Positions 14,730-29,600 of a stretch of 64,000 nt of DNA are shown here, piece after piece. The notes beneath the pieces are model-generated. The model saw nothing but the letters and a program-made list of their open reading frames with translations, ran no database searches and had not been told where the DNA came from. The stretch is from Eledone cirrhosa (Eukaryota), in NCBI GenBank assembly GCA_964016885.1, contig OZ024747.1, positions 22,692,001 through 22,756,000 of the forward strand, in the 5' to 3' direction. Both the position numbers and the translations under genes were made by a program. The stretch's first letter is position 1, and each line of letters starts with the position of its first letter.

Positions 14730-16560
14730 GGTCATTTCCGGATGCCTATTTGGAATCCACCCCAAATTATCTCTCTCTATATATATATAATTTGGGGTAT
14801 ATATATATATCTCTTCACTCACTAATTTCTGGGGGAAGTCATTTTGTTTGTAAAATCTGTCCAGCAATTCTTTCCTGTGACATTCTAGCCACATACACGT
14901 AGTATCAGAGCTGTGATCTCTCAGTTTGGAGAAGCTGCTACTCTACTTGGAGTGACTCTCTGATCTCCACTATCGAATAATGTTACTCCAAAGACCCTTT
15001 GGTGGAACCCCGTTTTGGCTACTTGTATTCATGATCATATCCTTTTGGTCATTACCCAAGATTCATGACCATAGGTAAGGGTTGGCACAAATTCTGAATT
15101 GAAGATAGTTTGTCTTTTACACCTACCTCCCATCTGATGACTGAATGCTGATGTATCATCGTTTAACGTCCATTTTCCACGCTAGCATGGGTTAGACGGG
15201 AGTTGTCCTGCTTGAGGCAAGGCTGGTCGGGTGACCGTGTTTCGCTCATATAGGACTATCTGGCAGGTTTTCTACAGCTGGATGCCCTTCCTAACACCAA
15301 CCACATTTACAGTGTGGAACTGGGAACTGTTTACCGTGTTACCTACACAGCATTATACTGCAATTAAATGGAATTCTTGCATTTAATTCAGCCTCTTGCC
15401 TTCCGTCACTTATGAACATGGTCCACTGTGCAGGCTTCCCCAAGAGGAGAGAATGCCTTAGTCTTCGCAGCACTGATTTTCATTCCTATCATGTGGTAAA
15501 CTTATGAAGTGCATTTAGATCCCCCCCCCCCCCTGGCATTTAAATATTATCATCTGCAATTTCCACTGAAGGTTATGAACATGAGGGGTGACAGAACGCA
15601 CCCATAGCAGAGTCTGACACCCACATTGAATGGTTTCGATTTAGTCCCATTTATCTGAACACAAATACTTGGGCATTCATATAGAGACATCAGGGCAGCA
15701 AACTATCCATTGGTCCCATACACCTGTAGAACTTTCCGTAGCAGGTTTTGTGGATCGTGTCTTTTTGAGGTCTACAAAAGAAGCATATATCTCTTAGCAA
15801 TACTCCTACTATTTCTCAGAGCAGACTTGCTGCAATGTGAATATTTGGACAACTGTACTGCATCCAGGGCAAAAACAAGCTTGGGTTCAAGAATATCTGT
15901 ACATCTCTTTTGTCAGATTTTACTGGGGAGGCTTATCACTCCCAATTACCATTGCTTAGGTGCCTTTCCAGCACAGAGAATACCTTCTCTATGTAATGAT
16001 TTAAACATTTCGGGCCAAGTTTTACCCTCTCCAGCAGCACCTCTGATTACAGAATCCCCAGATGGATTCTAAATTTGAAGTCAGCAGGTCTACAACTAGA
16101 TGGCAATCAGTTGACAGCTCAGCCCCCCTCTTAGACGAACATCAGAGGCAATAACATAAACAATTATTGATCTGTCCTCGATATTTATGGTAGTCTCACG
16201 GCTGGAAGGTGTTTATAATAAAGAGCCCATTAAAAGAACAGAATTGCCATTCCTTCCAATCACTCATTTTCATGTCAGTGCCAACATATGCATTGAAGTC
16301 TCCTATAAGGATATATGACTCAGTCATAACTACATCTAACACTGCATTTAGGCTCTGGTTGGCACATAAACTTGCACCACCCACAGCCAGTGGCTTGTAA
16401 GTACTGCCACTCCTGTCTGTGCAGTCTTTTCAGGCACCAAATCTGAATAGAGCTAATGGAACGTTGAGGAACCCAGACTATATCTAACTAGTAGCATCTG
16501 GCCTCCCCTACTCATTCCTGTAAGGGTTGTAACATTCCAGTTACCAATTGTCACCGAAGT
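14730..16560 (-). mobile_element. Decayed, internally deleted RTE-clade LINE (EN and RT remnants), interrupted by a repeat fragment at about 15157-15365
   Basis: Minus-strand peptides VTIGNWNV (about 16555, endonuclease start), ILIGDFNAYVG (about 16300) and FVPTLTYGHESWVM (about 15050-15090, RT C-terminal region), with many stops and frameshifts. Confidence 0.7.
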
Positions 16561-17289
16561 GATCATTTTTAACAATTTCACAATTTATACCAAAGGTTAG
16601 AGAATTAAGAAAGGAGTCATGCAATGTTTTAAGATGTTTATATTCAACGAAAAGCCTTCCATCATAATCACAAATTTATGTTAAGAACCTTTATATTCCA
16701 AACACCAGCTTAATAGATTGGAAAACCATAAAAGTATATTTCAAAGCTGACTATCCTTAGCAATGAACATGCTTTGTTTGACCCGTCCTAGAAAGGGGAA
16801 TAATCCATTGCCATCCTTCCTATAACTACATCATAGCCTATCACAAAAATCTCCCAATCATTGTTGTTTTAGGAACAATCCTGCTCTCCAACAAAAATCT
16901 TTAACAGGCCAATGAACTTCCCCGGAAACCATAACAACCAGCCTCCTAAAATGCCATGCAAAATATCTACTGCTTTAAACTCAGTTAAAATGAACTCTTG
17001 AAGGAATATTTCACAGCTAGCTACCCCTCACTTATTTGTACCTTTGCAATTCTTAAAATTAAAACCACTGAAATTGTTTATGCGACACACAAATATTGCT
17101 GCCACCTCAAGCAATACCAAATTCAAAGTGAAGAGACACACAGAACAGGCTTTGCAGTTTCCATTTACCAAATGTATTAATAGAATACTACGTATTTAGT
17201 ATCCAGCATGCCATCAAGAAAGAAAACAAACGAAATAAATATGATTGAGCAGAGCTATTTATTTACACCTCAGTTTCTTGCCAAGCTCC

Positions 17290-20200
17290 TCAGTCAAACA
17301 AACCTGAAAAAGAATAATCAGCGTTAGCTTCTTTCAAGACATTCAACATTACAGAATTAATGGCTTGTTATCACCACATGCAATCAATACGATGATTAAT
17401 ATATATCAAAATCAAACAGCAGAAATTGTCTGAAACTGTTTTCAATATAGAATAAAATTCTAAGAAGAAATAAAAACTGTTTCAGTTAAAGTTAATATAG
17501 CAAGCCTCAGGAGGAAAACCTGGTATATAAACCAAGCACCGCATTTTCTTGCATGTCTTAAGTGGACGCATGAACTACCAGCAGTCAAGCCACACTATAG
17601 AATTTCAAAATGTCATAAAACATTTAACAGTTTTCACTGGTAGCAAGATTAGGACACGTCACCATCGTGAAATTATAATTTTAAGTGCAAACAGCGATTC
17701 TAAAGCATGTACATTTTACTTTTAACCAATACTAATATATCTTCACTCTTCACACAAATATAGCAAGGAAGACATTACATATATTTACAATCAGACAATG
17801 CGAAACTAATCAAGAAATATTTCTCTTGCAAAGTCAATTTTCTATGGAATTATGGTTTTAGGAGTTTTAAATGTTAAGAGCATTTATCACTTCATAAAAC
17901 ATTGCAAACTCAAATGACAATTAGGTAAAAAAAAAAAAATCTTACCAAAGCCCATGTCATCATCTGACTCCTCTGATTCTTCTTTCTTCTCCTCTTTCTT
18001 TTCTTCTGAAATATGAATTTACAAAATTATTTAGAATAACATCTAGAAATTGACTTAAAGTTTCAATATACCCGTAAAGCCCCTATCATAATCTCTGATC
18101 AATCAATATCACAAGTCATATATCAGTAAAGGCTGACAACTAGACTGGGCGTGGAACAAAACAACCAGTGGTATTTGGTATCCTAAATTGTGCCTCTTAA
18201 AACCCTTGTCAAGCAACAATAATTATATAATTGTTTCTATTGGCACAAAGCCAGCAATAAAACAGTAGACTACTGGTACTTTATTTTATCGACCCCGTAA
18301 GGCAAAGTTAACCTCGGCAGGATTTGAACTCAGAATGGCAAGGGCCGTAACTATGCGTCAAGTCCGACAGTGCCAATTCTCCCCGATTACTTAAAAGACG
18401 ATAACTCTAGAATACAATTATCAATACCTAAAGCCATATACATTGTACTGTTCATAATCGTTTAATGCCCGTTTCTCTACAAGGAAGTATTGGACATGAA
18501 GGCGGGTTGGGGGAAAATAAACAATCCCATGCTCAACCGTGGATTTTACCAAAACACCAATACTAGGAAGTTGCCATATCCTCGGCACAGCTGAAGAACC
18601 CTCCAAATTTTTAATCGAAAATCACATGTAGATACAGGGTTGTGACGAAAGGATTAAAAAATACATTACATACCTTTAGCAGGAGCACTGCTACTAGTCT
18701 CAGCAGCGGGTGCAGCACTACCAGCAGCAGGGGCTGCTCCAGGTGCAGCTGCCATGCTGCTTACATTGGAAAGCATTGACTTAATATCAACACCTTCTAA
18801 AGCACGGGCAAACAGAGCTGCAAGAAATATTTAAATAAATTAGATACACACAAAAACAATATTGGAATTATCTGGAAATATTTTCAATCATCATTGGAGG
18901 GACGGGAACTGATTCTGGCTTGATTTCTACAGCTGGATGCCCTTCCTAACACCAACCTCATTTACAGTGCGTGCTGGGTGCTTTTTTGCCGTGGCGCCTA
19001 CACGTCCACTTTGCAGTGGAATGATAGGGACCCCAGTCCTATCATCTCATTTCTACAGCTGAGTAAACTGGTGCAATGTGAAATAAAGTCTCTTGCTCAA
19101 GGAAACAACACATCACCCGGTCTGAGAATTGAACTCACAACCTTTCGATTGCAAGGCCAATGCTCTAACCACTAAGCCATGTGCCTCAATAGAATATAAT
19201 TTTAAGTGAAGTTAATATAGCTCATCTCAGGAGGAAAACCTATTGTATGTCTAGTATGAAATGCCATACTTTGCAGCACACTCAATTTTAATAATAAACT
19301 AGTGTTTTGTAATTGTCAGTGATAGACACATTTCACTCAATAGAACACGATACTACAAAAAAACCCCCCATCAATTTCCATTGTCCCTAATGTCATTTCA
19401 AATCTTGATCTCCATAAAGCATGTAGTACTCTTCCTGTCAGTCTTGTGAAATTGTTTTCCTGGACCAGCCTGTTCTATCTAAGCTTTACAATTGCCTTTC
19501 TGGTTCTTGCCTCCAATCATGTCGGAAATCGGCTTTTGGCATTCCAGTACTCTTAATTCCAAATTGATTAGGTACCTTACTTCACTAGATCTTATTTCAA
19601 ACAATATGGCTTTCATTTCTCAGGTCAACTGCTGTGCCATGCTTTAGATAAATCTGGCGAAGCTTGAGCTTGACATGCTCGTCTCCTTCATAAGTTAAGG
19701 ATGTTAAGGTGTTTCTGGACGTATCTTCAAACTGATTCGGTCTGTCTTTAACGACCAGTCTTCGAGGTCTATCCACATTAATGCAGCAGTCCCTCAAGGC
19801 ATTACCGAGTCATATTCTGTTCTTAATTTTCGGCAACGATGTTTGATAAAGTTGAATTGGCAGCTAATGTGTTGAGTATTAAACTTAGTCTTAACATTAA
19901 AACAACAGAGTTGTGTCATCAGCAAATACCAAGCTGAGAAAGCTTGTTGCCTTTAATGCATCTAAGACTAAACTATCTTTTAATCGCCATAAAGAATCAC
20001 TTCTGCCTTCCATTAAAATAGTCGATTACATCACCCAAGAGAGCAACTCTATACGCGTTCTTGGTTAGCATTTTACAATGATTTCCCGGAAAGTTGATTC
20101 GCCTTCTCATACCAAAAACTTTTTCACACCTGAAAATATCTTTATATATATATACCAATCGTCTTTGTGAATACTGTTGCTACATCTAGTCTGGTGCTTC

Positions 20201-23200
20201 TGACATTGTAAGTTTAGATAAGATCCAAAGAACACTATTGGTCCTGACTTATATCAGCTTCAAGCACGTTCGAAACGTTATCTTTCATAGTCACTATATT
20301 TCACGGGAATTGTTCTGATGAGCTTTCCCCTATTGCCGAGTTTCATAAAAGAACCAGATTGGCGGCTAGGCCTCGTTCGTTTACCACTGAAACTCCTAAA
20401 TGCAACCACTAATTCTATAAGTGTTTTCCCTTCTCACTACAATTTCAAAAAATTCAAAAGCAACATTAATTGCTATCTTTGTCCGTGTCCGCAACCTCTT
20501 GTATTTTATGGCATTGTCATGTTTGGAGAGAGAGAGAGGAAAATCATGAGTTATTGCCCTTGTATATCTAGCTTTCTACAAAATTATAGTTGAAATTAAA
20601 TGGCGTGTGTTTCCAAGAGTATGCGACATCTAATTGAGACTGTCCCTTAACGGCAGACATAAAAGCAAACTACCTCAATTAGCATAGTCCACTACCCGTC
20701 AATTTAACTGCTTAATTTTACTAGAACCTATTAATTGTAAAGAGCAAACAAACGAGTACACAACCCGTCCAGCAGCTCAATCAAAACGGATACACCGATT
20801 GAGATTAATTTACATTTCGTCTACAGTAACAAATGATGGATCATTTATAATAGTGAATATAATCACAAAGAACTTATTCAAAACATAGGCAATAACGTAA
20901 ATATTTGAAACGATCATTTTAGTCTAATGAAAACGAAAAGCATTACTTATGCTGATGTGAAAGAATCAAAGACTAATTTGTTTCGCAATCTTGTAATTAA
21001 CTAGACATGCTCGACGTTCCATTAAACAGTAAAAGCACTAAGCTCATAAGTTACAGGGTAGATTAAATTGCCCCAAAACCTCACTTGATCTTTCAACATT
21101 TTATTATACATTACATAACTTAGTTCAACTAAATACTGTGTATTCAAGAATGAAAGTAAGTGCTATTTCACTACCATTGTCCCTATAAATAATTATTACA
21201 CATACATTCAATCCTGCCAAACTAAAGTATTTCTTATGCAAACCATTAATTTTTCAAAACGCAAATTTCCCAGTTTGTACAATAAACACATGGCATACCA
21301 ATCATGAACACCAAAAATTAAAAAATATCCACGCCATTAGTAGATGACAAACCATAGACATTAATCTGGAGACCGTTAATAATTTTAAATTATAGAAATA
21401 AAATACCAAAGCACCACCAATCATCTCTTGAAAGATGTATCTTTTTGCTGCGCCGTTTGGTTAATTCAAAACTAAGTGACTATAAATCTTGGACTGAAAT
21501 ATTACACACCAGGTCACAAGAGATTTCAATAAAGTCGTAGGATCGATTTTTGGACCGGGCTTAAGTTTGATATTTTTAATAATTGTTTCTAGTTTAGGCA
21601 CAAGGCCAGCAATTAATCAGTACATTACTGGTACTTTGATATTTTTAATAATTGTTTCTACTTTAGGCACAAGGCCAGCAACTACCCAGTGCCTCACTGG
21701 TACTTTATTTTATCGACCCCGTAAGGATGAAAGGCAAAGTCAACCTCGACGGGATTTGAACTCAGATCGTAAAGGGACGTAACTATGCTAGAAAGCATGG
21801 CGTCCGACCCTCTACCGATACTACCAATCCACAATAATGTCAATTTGAAGGGACATGCAGAAATTTAGGTCCGTATACTTTGATAATCAAAAGGGAGACG
21901 ATCGCGAACACAAGCGGCCGAAATAGGAGATCAGAATCACTCTAGGTAGAGCAGCTACTTTTCCAATTTGAGAGATCACAGCTCCGATACTATGGGCATG
22001 TGGTAAGAAATCAGGAAATAATCTCTACAGATTGTTCGGGCAAAAACCACCCGACAGGAGACCCTGAGCAAGATGGTTGGATAGCATCCATAAGCTCAGC
22101 TGGTCTCGCTTGGGGATCCAGTCAGATCAGTTGGTTCTGATAGGAGCCGTTGGAATGAGTGGGCGAAGATATTTTTAGAGCAACTATTCGTCTAACCTGC
22201 TTTATTGATCACAAAAGCGAAAACAGCCTGCCATAATTTACATAAAGACCTAAAACAAAGGATCCCCACGTTTTGTTCCTCACGTAAACGCTTCGTGCCA
22301 CATCCTCAGTATACGTATATAAAAAAATTATACTTGCATAACTGCTTTATATTACTTTCTCAATAAATGTTGGGGGTTTTATTTTCACCATTTACTATCA
22401 TTGCTGAAGATAACATATTATTTAAATTATTTTGTTAAGAATCGTAATGTTTCAAATATAGAAATTTGTCAATTTTGACCGCGTAGCAACTATGAAGTCG
22501 TTTAATCACTACATTTTATTTTCCTTTGCTCACGCGGGTTACTCGAAACGTGACCTTATAAGATATACGTATTTCCGGAACGAGGACATTCATGAAAAAC
22601 GAAGATCGGCACGCAATCAATAATAGATACTTTAATGAGGTGAGAACGAAATGACTAAAACTTTGTATTTGTTGTAATAAAACGAAAAGTATTCTTATTT
22701 TGTGTTATCAACGACCATTAAAACTAGAAACAATCTTTTTTCTCCAAGATCCAAAAAGCGTACATTCGTTTGTCTCAATGTGAATTAATCAACTCACAGA
22801 ATACATGTTTGTATTTTCCGAACCACGTGTTTTCGGACATTATAAGTAAATAACGATCCATCGGTAATAAATTAGGATCAATGAGTATATATTTCATTGA
22901 TATTAATTAGCGGAAATGAAAACTTATTTGCGATTACTTACATGGCCAGTATGGTTCAACTGATACGCTCGCTGCCTTTAAGATCGTGCTGATTTTGTCA
23001 GCCTGGAGAAAATAAAATCAACATAATTATTACACACGGGTATTAATGTATAAATACTAAGGAAATAGAAATTTTAAGTTTAGTTTGTAAGCATTAAAGA
23101 AATATTGAAAAGATCAACGATAGAAGACAGGAACATGGCTTAATAAGCACACATGGGCTCAATAGAAAAAAAAACTTACAGTGACTGTAACTTGATCATC

Positions 23201-23251
23201 AGCAAGAATAAGTGCGGCATAAACGCACGCAAGCTCGTTATTTGATGCCAT
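17290..23251 (-). CDS. RPLP1: 60S acidic ribosomal protein P1, complete, 116 aa
   Basis: Exons 23251-23180, 23002-22942, 18817-18674, 18005-17946 and 17303-17290, all GT-AG and phase-compatible, total 351 nt. Protein: [116 protein letters not shown]. It has the canonical P-protein C-terminus. AATAAA (minus) at 17258-17263. Confidence 0.98.
18919..19187 (-). mobile_element. tRNA-derived SINE in RPLP1 intron 2
   Basis: Box A TGGCTTAGTGG and box B GAGTTCAATTC on minus. The 3' part carries GTTGGTGTTAGGAAGGGCATCCAGC, which is shared with many RTE/SINE tails in the window. Confidence 0.7.
21648..21830 (-). mobile_element. tRNA-derived SINE, near full length
   Basis: Reverse complement of the 46803-46980 copy with few differences; its tail is partly duplicated at 21568-21635. 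Confidence 0.75.
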
Positions 23252-23360
23252 TGTGTTAAAATATAAAAATGTTTAATGGATGATGTATTAGAATGGTGTA
23301 CGTCGCTGGATGCAGACCTTAGCTCGTTGAGAACGATACACTTCTAATGAAGGTAAGACC

Positions 23361-23392
23361 GGAAAGAGAAAAAGAACGAGTCACGTGATAAT
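23361..23392 (-). promoter_or_regulatory. RPLP1 TCT/5'TOP initiator with adjacent E-box
   Basis: Minus-strand pyrimidine tract TTCTTTTTCTCTTTCC (23376-23361) about 110 nt upstream of the ATG; palindromic TCACGTGA at 23381-23388. Confidence 0.7.
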
Positions 23393-23553
23393 AAAATAAC
23401 ATGTTACTTGTGTTCTCGTTTGATTTAACTTTTATAATTTAATGTGATTATTTTTTAAATTATTCACTGTCGATGCTTTAACTTCTAAAATTTAGTTGAA
23501 ATTTTCGAAATAAACATAAAAAAAAATATCTTGAAATATTTTATTATTTTCGT

Positions 23554-23567
23554 GTAGCCATGGTAAT
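23554..23567. promoter_or_regulatory. RFX X-box-like motif upstream of the C8orf34-like gene
   Basis: GTAGCCATGGTAAT, one mismatch to the X-box consensus GTHNYYATRRNAAC, 115 bp upstream of the ATG at 23683. Confidence 0.5.
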
Positions 23568-23682
23568 TTGCTAGGTGCACGCGATTCTTCGTTGTCGTAT
23601 ATACATAAACAAACAGCTTAACTTTTCATCTTAATTTTTCTGCAAGAGAAAACTAATTCATTTGGTATACATACAACATATC

Positions 23683-26600
23683 ATGTTAACTGAAGCTCAA
23701 GTATATATTGAGAAACATAAGATCACTGCACTTTTTGAGGTAGCATATTTTATTTTATTTCAAGATAGTATATTATAGTTTTGGGTGTGTATGTGTTGCG
23801 TAAGGCATTCTGTTGTAATTCCATTCACTTCTATGATACATTATAGAAATCTATCCAGTACTTGACTGGCACGTTATTTCTTTCTAATTTATATAAGTAG
23901 TTTATAAATAAAACGATAGGGTTGTGTAGAATATCACGAGATATAAATTTCTAAGCTAAGAGAGGTTTAAAATATGAGCGTGGACCAAGTTCAAAGTGGC
24001 ATTACCTAAAAACGTATTCATTTTCTTAACAATATTTTCATGGCCACCCAAACTAGGAAATATTTCTAAATTCCAGAAACACGTATTACTATAAATGCAT
24101 ATGAAAATGTATATACACACATACAACTACAGAGAAACAGAATATCTTGAGTTAGTATTTATCTTCCACAAGAGAACCTTGCTCACTTGTAATGTACATT
24201 ATATAGCTGTGTTGCCATAGTGTGCAAGGCGTGTTCCATTTAACAAACGATTTAATTCCACGTGAAAATATAGAATCAAAACAAAAAAAAATACACTGTG
24301 TCAATCGGTCACACAGCACAAAGAGTGCCGGAACCTCCCTCAAATACTTTTTGAGGCAGTTCAAACTGGAAATAACCATGCCTCCCAATTTTACTCCTTG
24401 CACTATTTTTTTTCCCCGTGTTTTCAACGATTCTGATCAATGCTCCACCAAATCTGCCAGTCTTCCACCTAATAGACAACAATATATTCCATCTTGAAAT
24501 AAAGTGTGTTTTCTAATTTTGAATATTCTGAGTAAATGCATATTAAATTTTTTATAGGATCTCATGAATAAATTGGTTCGGAATGCACCAGAAAATCCTG
24601 TGATTTATCTTATTAAACAATTGTACAAAAAAGCAGGACTTGATGTTCCTCGTGTAAGTAAAATAAAAACTCCAATGTTTTAGTTGGCTATGTTTATAAT
24701 CTGTATTATTGCCAAATTTTTCCTTAGCCTTCAATGTTGAGTTTAATTCCTCCTGTGGGTTTAGAATGGATTGAGTTGATCTCTATTTGACTGACTTGTA
24801 TTAAAGTAAGTATGAATTCATAGCTACATATATATTAGGTTATTGCACTTACCAAGATGATCCTCACTTGTATTCAAGGTATCTTCTGTAGAACAGTAAT
24901 AATTTAAAAGAAAAAAATAGGTAATAGATCTAGGCATGATAGTACAATATTAGATTGGATTCTTTGCTACATTTCAATACATTAATCCTTTCATTACCAT
25001 ATTTCTAATGGAAGATGTGGCCTATTATTTTCAAATCCAAGAACCTGGGAAGATTTAGTAAAATGACTAACTTTCTCATTGGTGTTTGGAGCATGACAAA
25101 ATTTATCACAAAAATTAAGACGGAAGGTTTTTAGATAAATATAAACATTTTAGAATCAGGGGTGAGTTTGTATTTAATGGGTTAATGTTTTACAGCCCAG
25201 AGTTTGCTGGGGGGAGGGAGTCAACTTTGTATTTTGTCTCATTATCATCATTGTTTAACATCTAGCAAAGGCTGGATGGTACTAGGGGTTGAAGTATTGA
25301 CTCTATCGTGTCCAGGAAGCCTGCATCTTCTTTATATATGTTCTTGCACTCTACCAAGTGCTCAAATGGGCCAGTGGCCTGTAAGTTACTTACTTATATA
25401 CAATCTTACACATAACTGAATGCATTTCATCATGACACCAGCACTAGGGACACTGTCATGCCTTTGACACAACTGAAGAGTCCTCCTAACCCTTTGTTTG
25501 GCAGGGTTTCTACAGCTGGATACATTTATGTTGTAAATTATGAATGATAGTCTCTCTATAAAGCAAGTTGCAGTAATACACTAGTTATGTAAACAACCAT
25601 ACCTTAGATGCAGTTTTTCCACTCTTTCCTCCTCCCACAACTCTAAGACATTGTTTGTGTCTAATTAAGAATTCATTCATTTACAGGAACTAAAACCAAT
25701 GACTGAACCTCGAAGAGGTTCCCTAAATCTAAGTAAGTAAACATTTTCTCTGCAATATTCTTATGTAATTCACAAATTTTGTCTTTAAACCTTTCATTAC
25801 TATATCCTTAATGAAAAATATTGCCTATAATTTTGAAAATAATCAACAATTTAAAAGGATTTAGTTATATTGCTAACTTTCTTATCCTAAATTAATTTTA
25901 GGATCTCTCATTTTTTTCCAGCTGTATTTGGTCAAAGTTCGGAGATTATTAGTAAATCAGCTGCTTTAGCTTCTTGGTCAGCAAAACCAGGTAAAATCAG
26001 TGAGACATTTTATAATTACGATTTTTGTTTTTGTTTCATAAATCAATGTTTTACATCAGTCACTTCATCATCATCATCATTTTACAGCCACCTGTGTTAG
26101 CATGGATTGGATGGATTATTATGATTTAAGACTAGACAAATCAAAGAGATCTTAACTTGTTCATACATTCCGTATTTGGCATGGTTTCTACGGCTGGATG
26201 CCCTTCGTAACACCAACTACGTTACAGGGTGTACTGGATGCATCTTATCTTTTTTTTTCTTCTTCTTTTCATAGGAGAAACCCATCCTAGTTCATCTATA
26301 AGAAGAGATAGATCTGTAGCAAAATCATGGCAATCACCAGAGAAACTGAAGGCATCGGGTGAGGTTCATTTCAGCAAAACAACCAAACCTGTTAAAGGAC
26401 AGAAATCTGAAGGTAAGGCTTATATAAATAAGAGTGGGGGCTAATGTAAAAAATCAACCTTCATTATTTCAGTAAATGTTTTCATAACAATTTAATCCTT
26501 TAGCATTTACATTACTCTGTATTTACTATTGTATTTTCTCGGTAAACACTTTATTTCACATAATATCGAATCTATGAAACTTTGATATTATTCATTTTAA

Positions 26601-29600
26601 GAAAAATAACAACATAAGTATGAGTAGCCGATTTTGGCCGGTTTGAACACAAAGAAGTGAGAGAATTCTGGCCAGATATACTCGGTTTAATGCTAAAGGA
26701 TTAAGTCATTCTGAGAAAATGATCTAGGATTTGGCCCAACTCATGTCTGAACTTGACCAGCTGCCATTCGTCCTTGGTGACTGTGTTGATCTTGCTCACA
26801 TTATTGATGATGTGGCAAAAGTGAGGGTCAACACTTCTGTAGGTGAACGGAATAAAATTCTAAAATATTAGGAATTATCAGAAAACTTTATCTTTGAAGC
26901 TGAGAAATGTCCAAGAGTAAATTAAGTAAAATTGACTGGCTCAAGTTAATATTCCCTCAGTTCTGGAACCAGTTGGACTGTCCAGGGCTAATGAGAAGAG
27001 GTTAGTTGCTCTTACCCTTTGCCCCTGGGTAAGAGGTGGATGTTTCATTTGGCATGTCACAGTTAGCAGCTCTTTTGCTCCTTCACAAATCTGTTCTTTC
27101 ACAAATTTCTCCTTCAGAGAAATCTGAAGTGTGTGCAGGAGAGAAGACTGCATTGGTATGGACATGTGATGTGCATGACTGAAGCCACAGTAGAGGTAGA
27201 CCATGGAAGACATAGGTAGAAATAGTGACAGCTTATCTCAAATTGCTGAGACTTGCAGAGGAGATAGTGAAGGAACATAGCAGCTGGAGAGATGCTGTGC
27301 TGAGAAGGACCCATCCAATCCATGTAAGATTAGAAAAATGGACGTAGAAACTATGATGATTTGTGTATTTTAATTAACTTTTATCCTATAAATTTTCTTT
27401 TTTTTTTCAATCAATAATTTTGTTTTACTAATTTTTTTAATTCTATTTAAATATTTTTTTAATCACTAACAATGACAACAACTGCTGAGCAAAGTGAGAG
27501 CGGGTACACACTTGTTTTATTATTTTGTTTCAAGAAACACTGAAACAAATGCAGCTCTCTCTAATCTAAACTCAATCAACTTGTTTTCTTTTATCCCTTA
27601 CTATCTTGCTCCTATATGTCAATGACCTACTACAGCACCCATGCCTAAGATAATGCCATCCTTTACTCTTCCACACTCTCATCCCCTTTCCAATGTGACC
27701 AACCTTTTACATCACAGAAACACCAGCTTTAATATAAAAGATGTGGTCAGTTCAGTGATTATGTCTATTTACTATGGAAAAATAGAGGCTTAATATCTAG
27801 TAGCTAATTCAAATCTGTCTATATATTTTGCAGACAAAAAAGAAAAGACAAGTTGGAATTCGCTCACCAAAATCACTACTAGTTCCTTTGATGAATTTGC
27901 CACTCAAACCAAAGGAAGTAATACCAAAAAAACCAAAGGGGAATTAGTTTCTCCAATGAAGGATGTTCAAAAATCTTGGGCCATAACTGGTCTTGATGTG
28001 AGTATTTAGAACTGAAATATAATTTAGAATATATCTTTATGGTTATCTATTATCAGTTCTTGTTTAGCTCCAAGTAAACTTTGATTGAGCAAACCTATGA
28101 TGAAAGCGATTGTGTTTGCCTTTTCTAACACCAACCATTTTAAAGAGTCTACTGGGCACTAGATGACTATTCTGTAAAGTGTCATTCATGGCATTCAACA
28201 GATTGTCACATAGACGTTAAACTATCCCCTACCTTTCATTGTACATGTCATGTACGGCTTTTCCATATCTACATTCAACATAAGGGTCTTTTAGCTTCCA
28301 CACTGTGTCCTGCATTTCTGATATCACTAATAACTAACATATGTTGTGTGGTACATTCCTCTCCGAGAAAAGATATAGTATTAGTATTCATATATCTATC
28401 TACATTCCAGGAAGCTGACAATAAAGAAACAACTTGTTATGATCCATATAACAGCCTTAAATATATACATAATAAAAAAAACTTGAGTGAAGAAGATGTG
28501 TGGTCTGACGAGCTGTCATTGACTCCCAGTTTGAAGTCTTATATATCTGAGTGCAGTGATGATACTCTCAGTAAATCTACATGTACTACATATACTCCCA
28601 GGTAAGCAACATATCATCATTGGTTTTTTTTACGTCCACTTTTCCATGCTGGCATGGGTTGGATGAATTAATGCATTACATTAAATATTCAAGTTTTTAC
28701 TTTAGTTTCATGTAAATTTTCACAATGATCTGCCCACTAATAAAGATATAAAAATTTGAATTAACATACCTACTTTAGGATATTTTCTGCTAAATCATTA
28801 AAGGATGTTAAGAGTTAACAATAATTTGTTGCTCTGTTTGATCCCTTTATGCTTTTAATAAAGGTGTTACAAGCGTTCACCCACGCTCCAAAATTTGAAT
28901 TAACAAAGCTGTTTTTAGATATTTTCTGCTAAATTATTTACAGGGTTTTAAGAGATAAATTCAGAACTGTAATTTAATAAAATCCTTGCATATTACACAA
29001 TATCCTTGCTACTGGTAGTGGTGTGATATAATTCAGTGTGATGGTGCTCATTTATGGCTAAATGGATAGGGCTATTGACACTTAAATCTATTTATTGATG
29101 AGGGGAGAATTCAGTCCTAATTGAATTTAACCCTTTAGCATTTACATTACTCTATATTTACTATTATATTTTCATGGTAAAGTCTTTATCTCATAATATG
29201 GAACCTGTGAGATTTTGATGTTATTTATTTTGAGAACAATACCTTAACATCAGTATGAGCAACTGGTTACAGCCAGTTTGAACAGAAAGAGATGAGAGAA
29301 TTCTGGCCAGATTTGGCTGGTTTAAATGGGTTAAGAGTTTAGTCAGCCAAACTCAATATATGAAATAACTTATATAAAATTCTTCAAATATATGATAAAA
29401 TAATCTTGGTATTTATTGTAGCTTAGAAATTACAATTCTTTAAATAGTAAAAGACATAATAAACTTAGTACTTATTGAAAATTACATCCCTATATCTTTG
29501 CCATTTGTTATTTTGTGTTTTGAAGACGTGGAAAATGTAAAGTATTTATCTCAGGGAAACATAAAGAAGAATTGGAAGAGTTGATTATGAAAGAGAACCA

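Noticed and set aside
17495-17605. U3 snoRNA resemblance (UUCUAUAGUGUG and UUUUCCUCCUGAG on minus)
   Set aside because: Box A (GGAUCA), box C and the terminal stem are missing. Kept only as an unclassified candidate in the findings.
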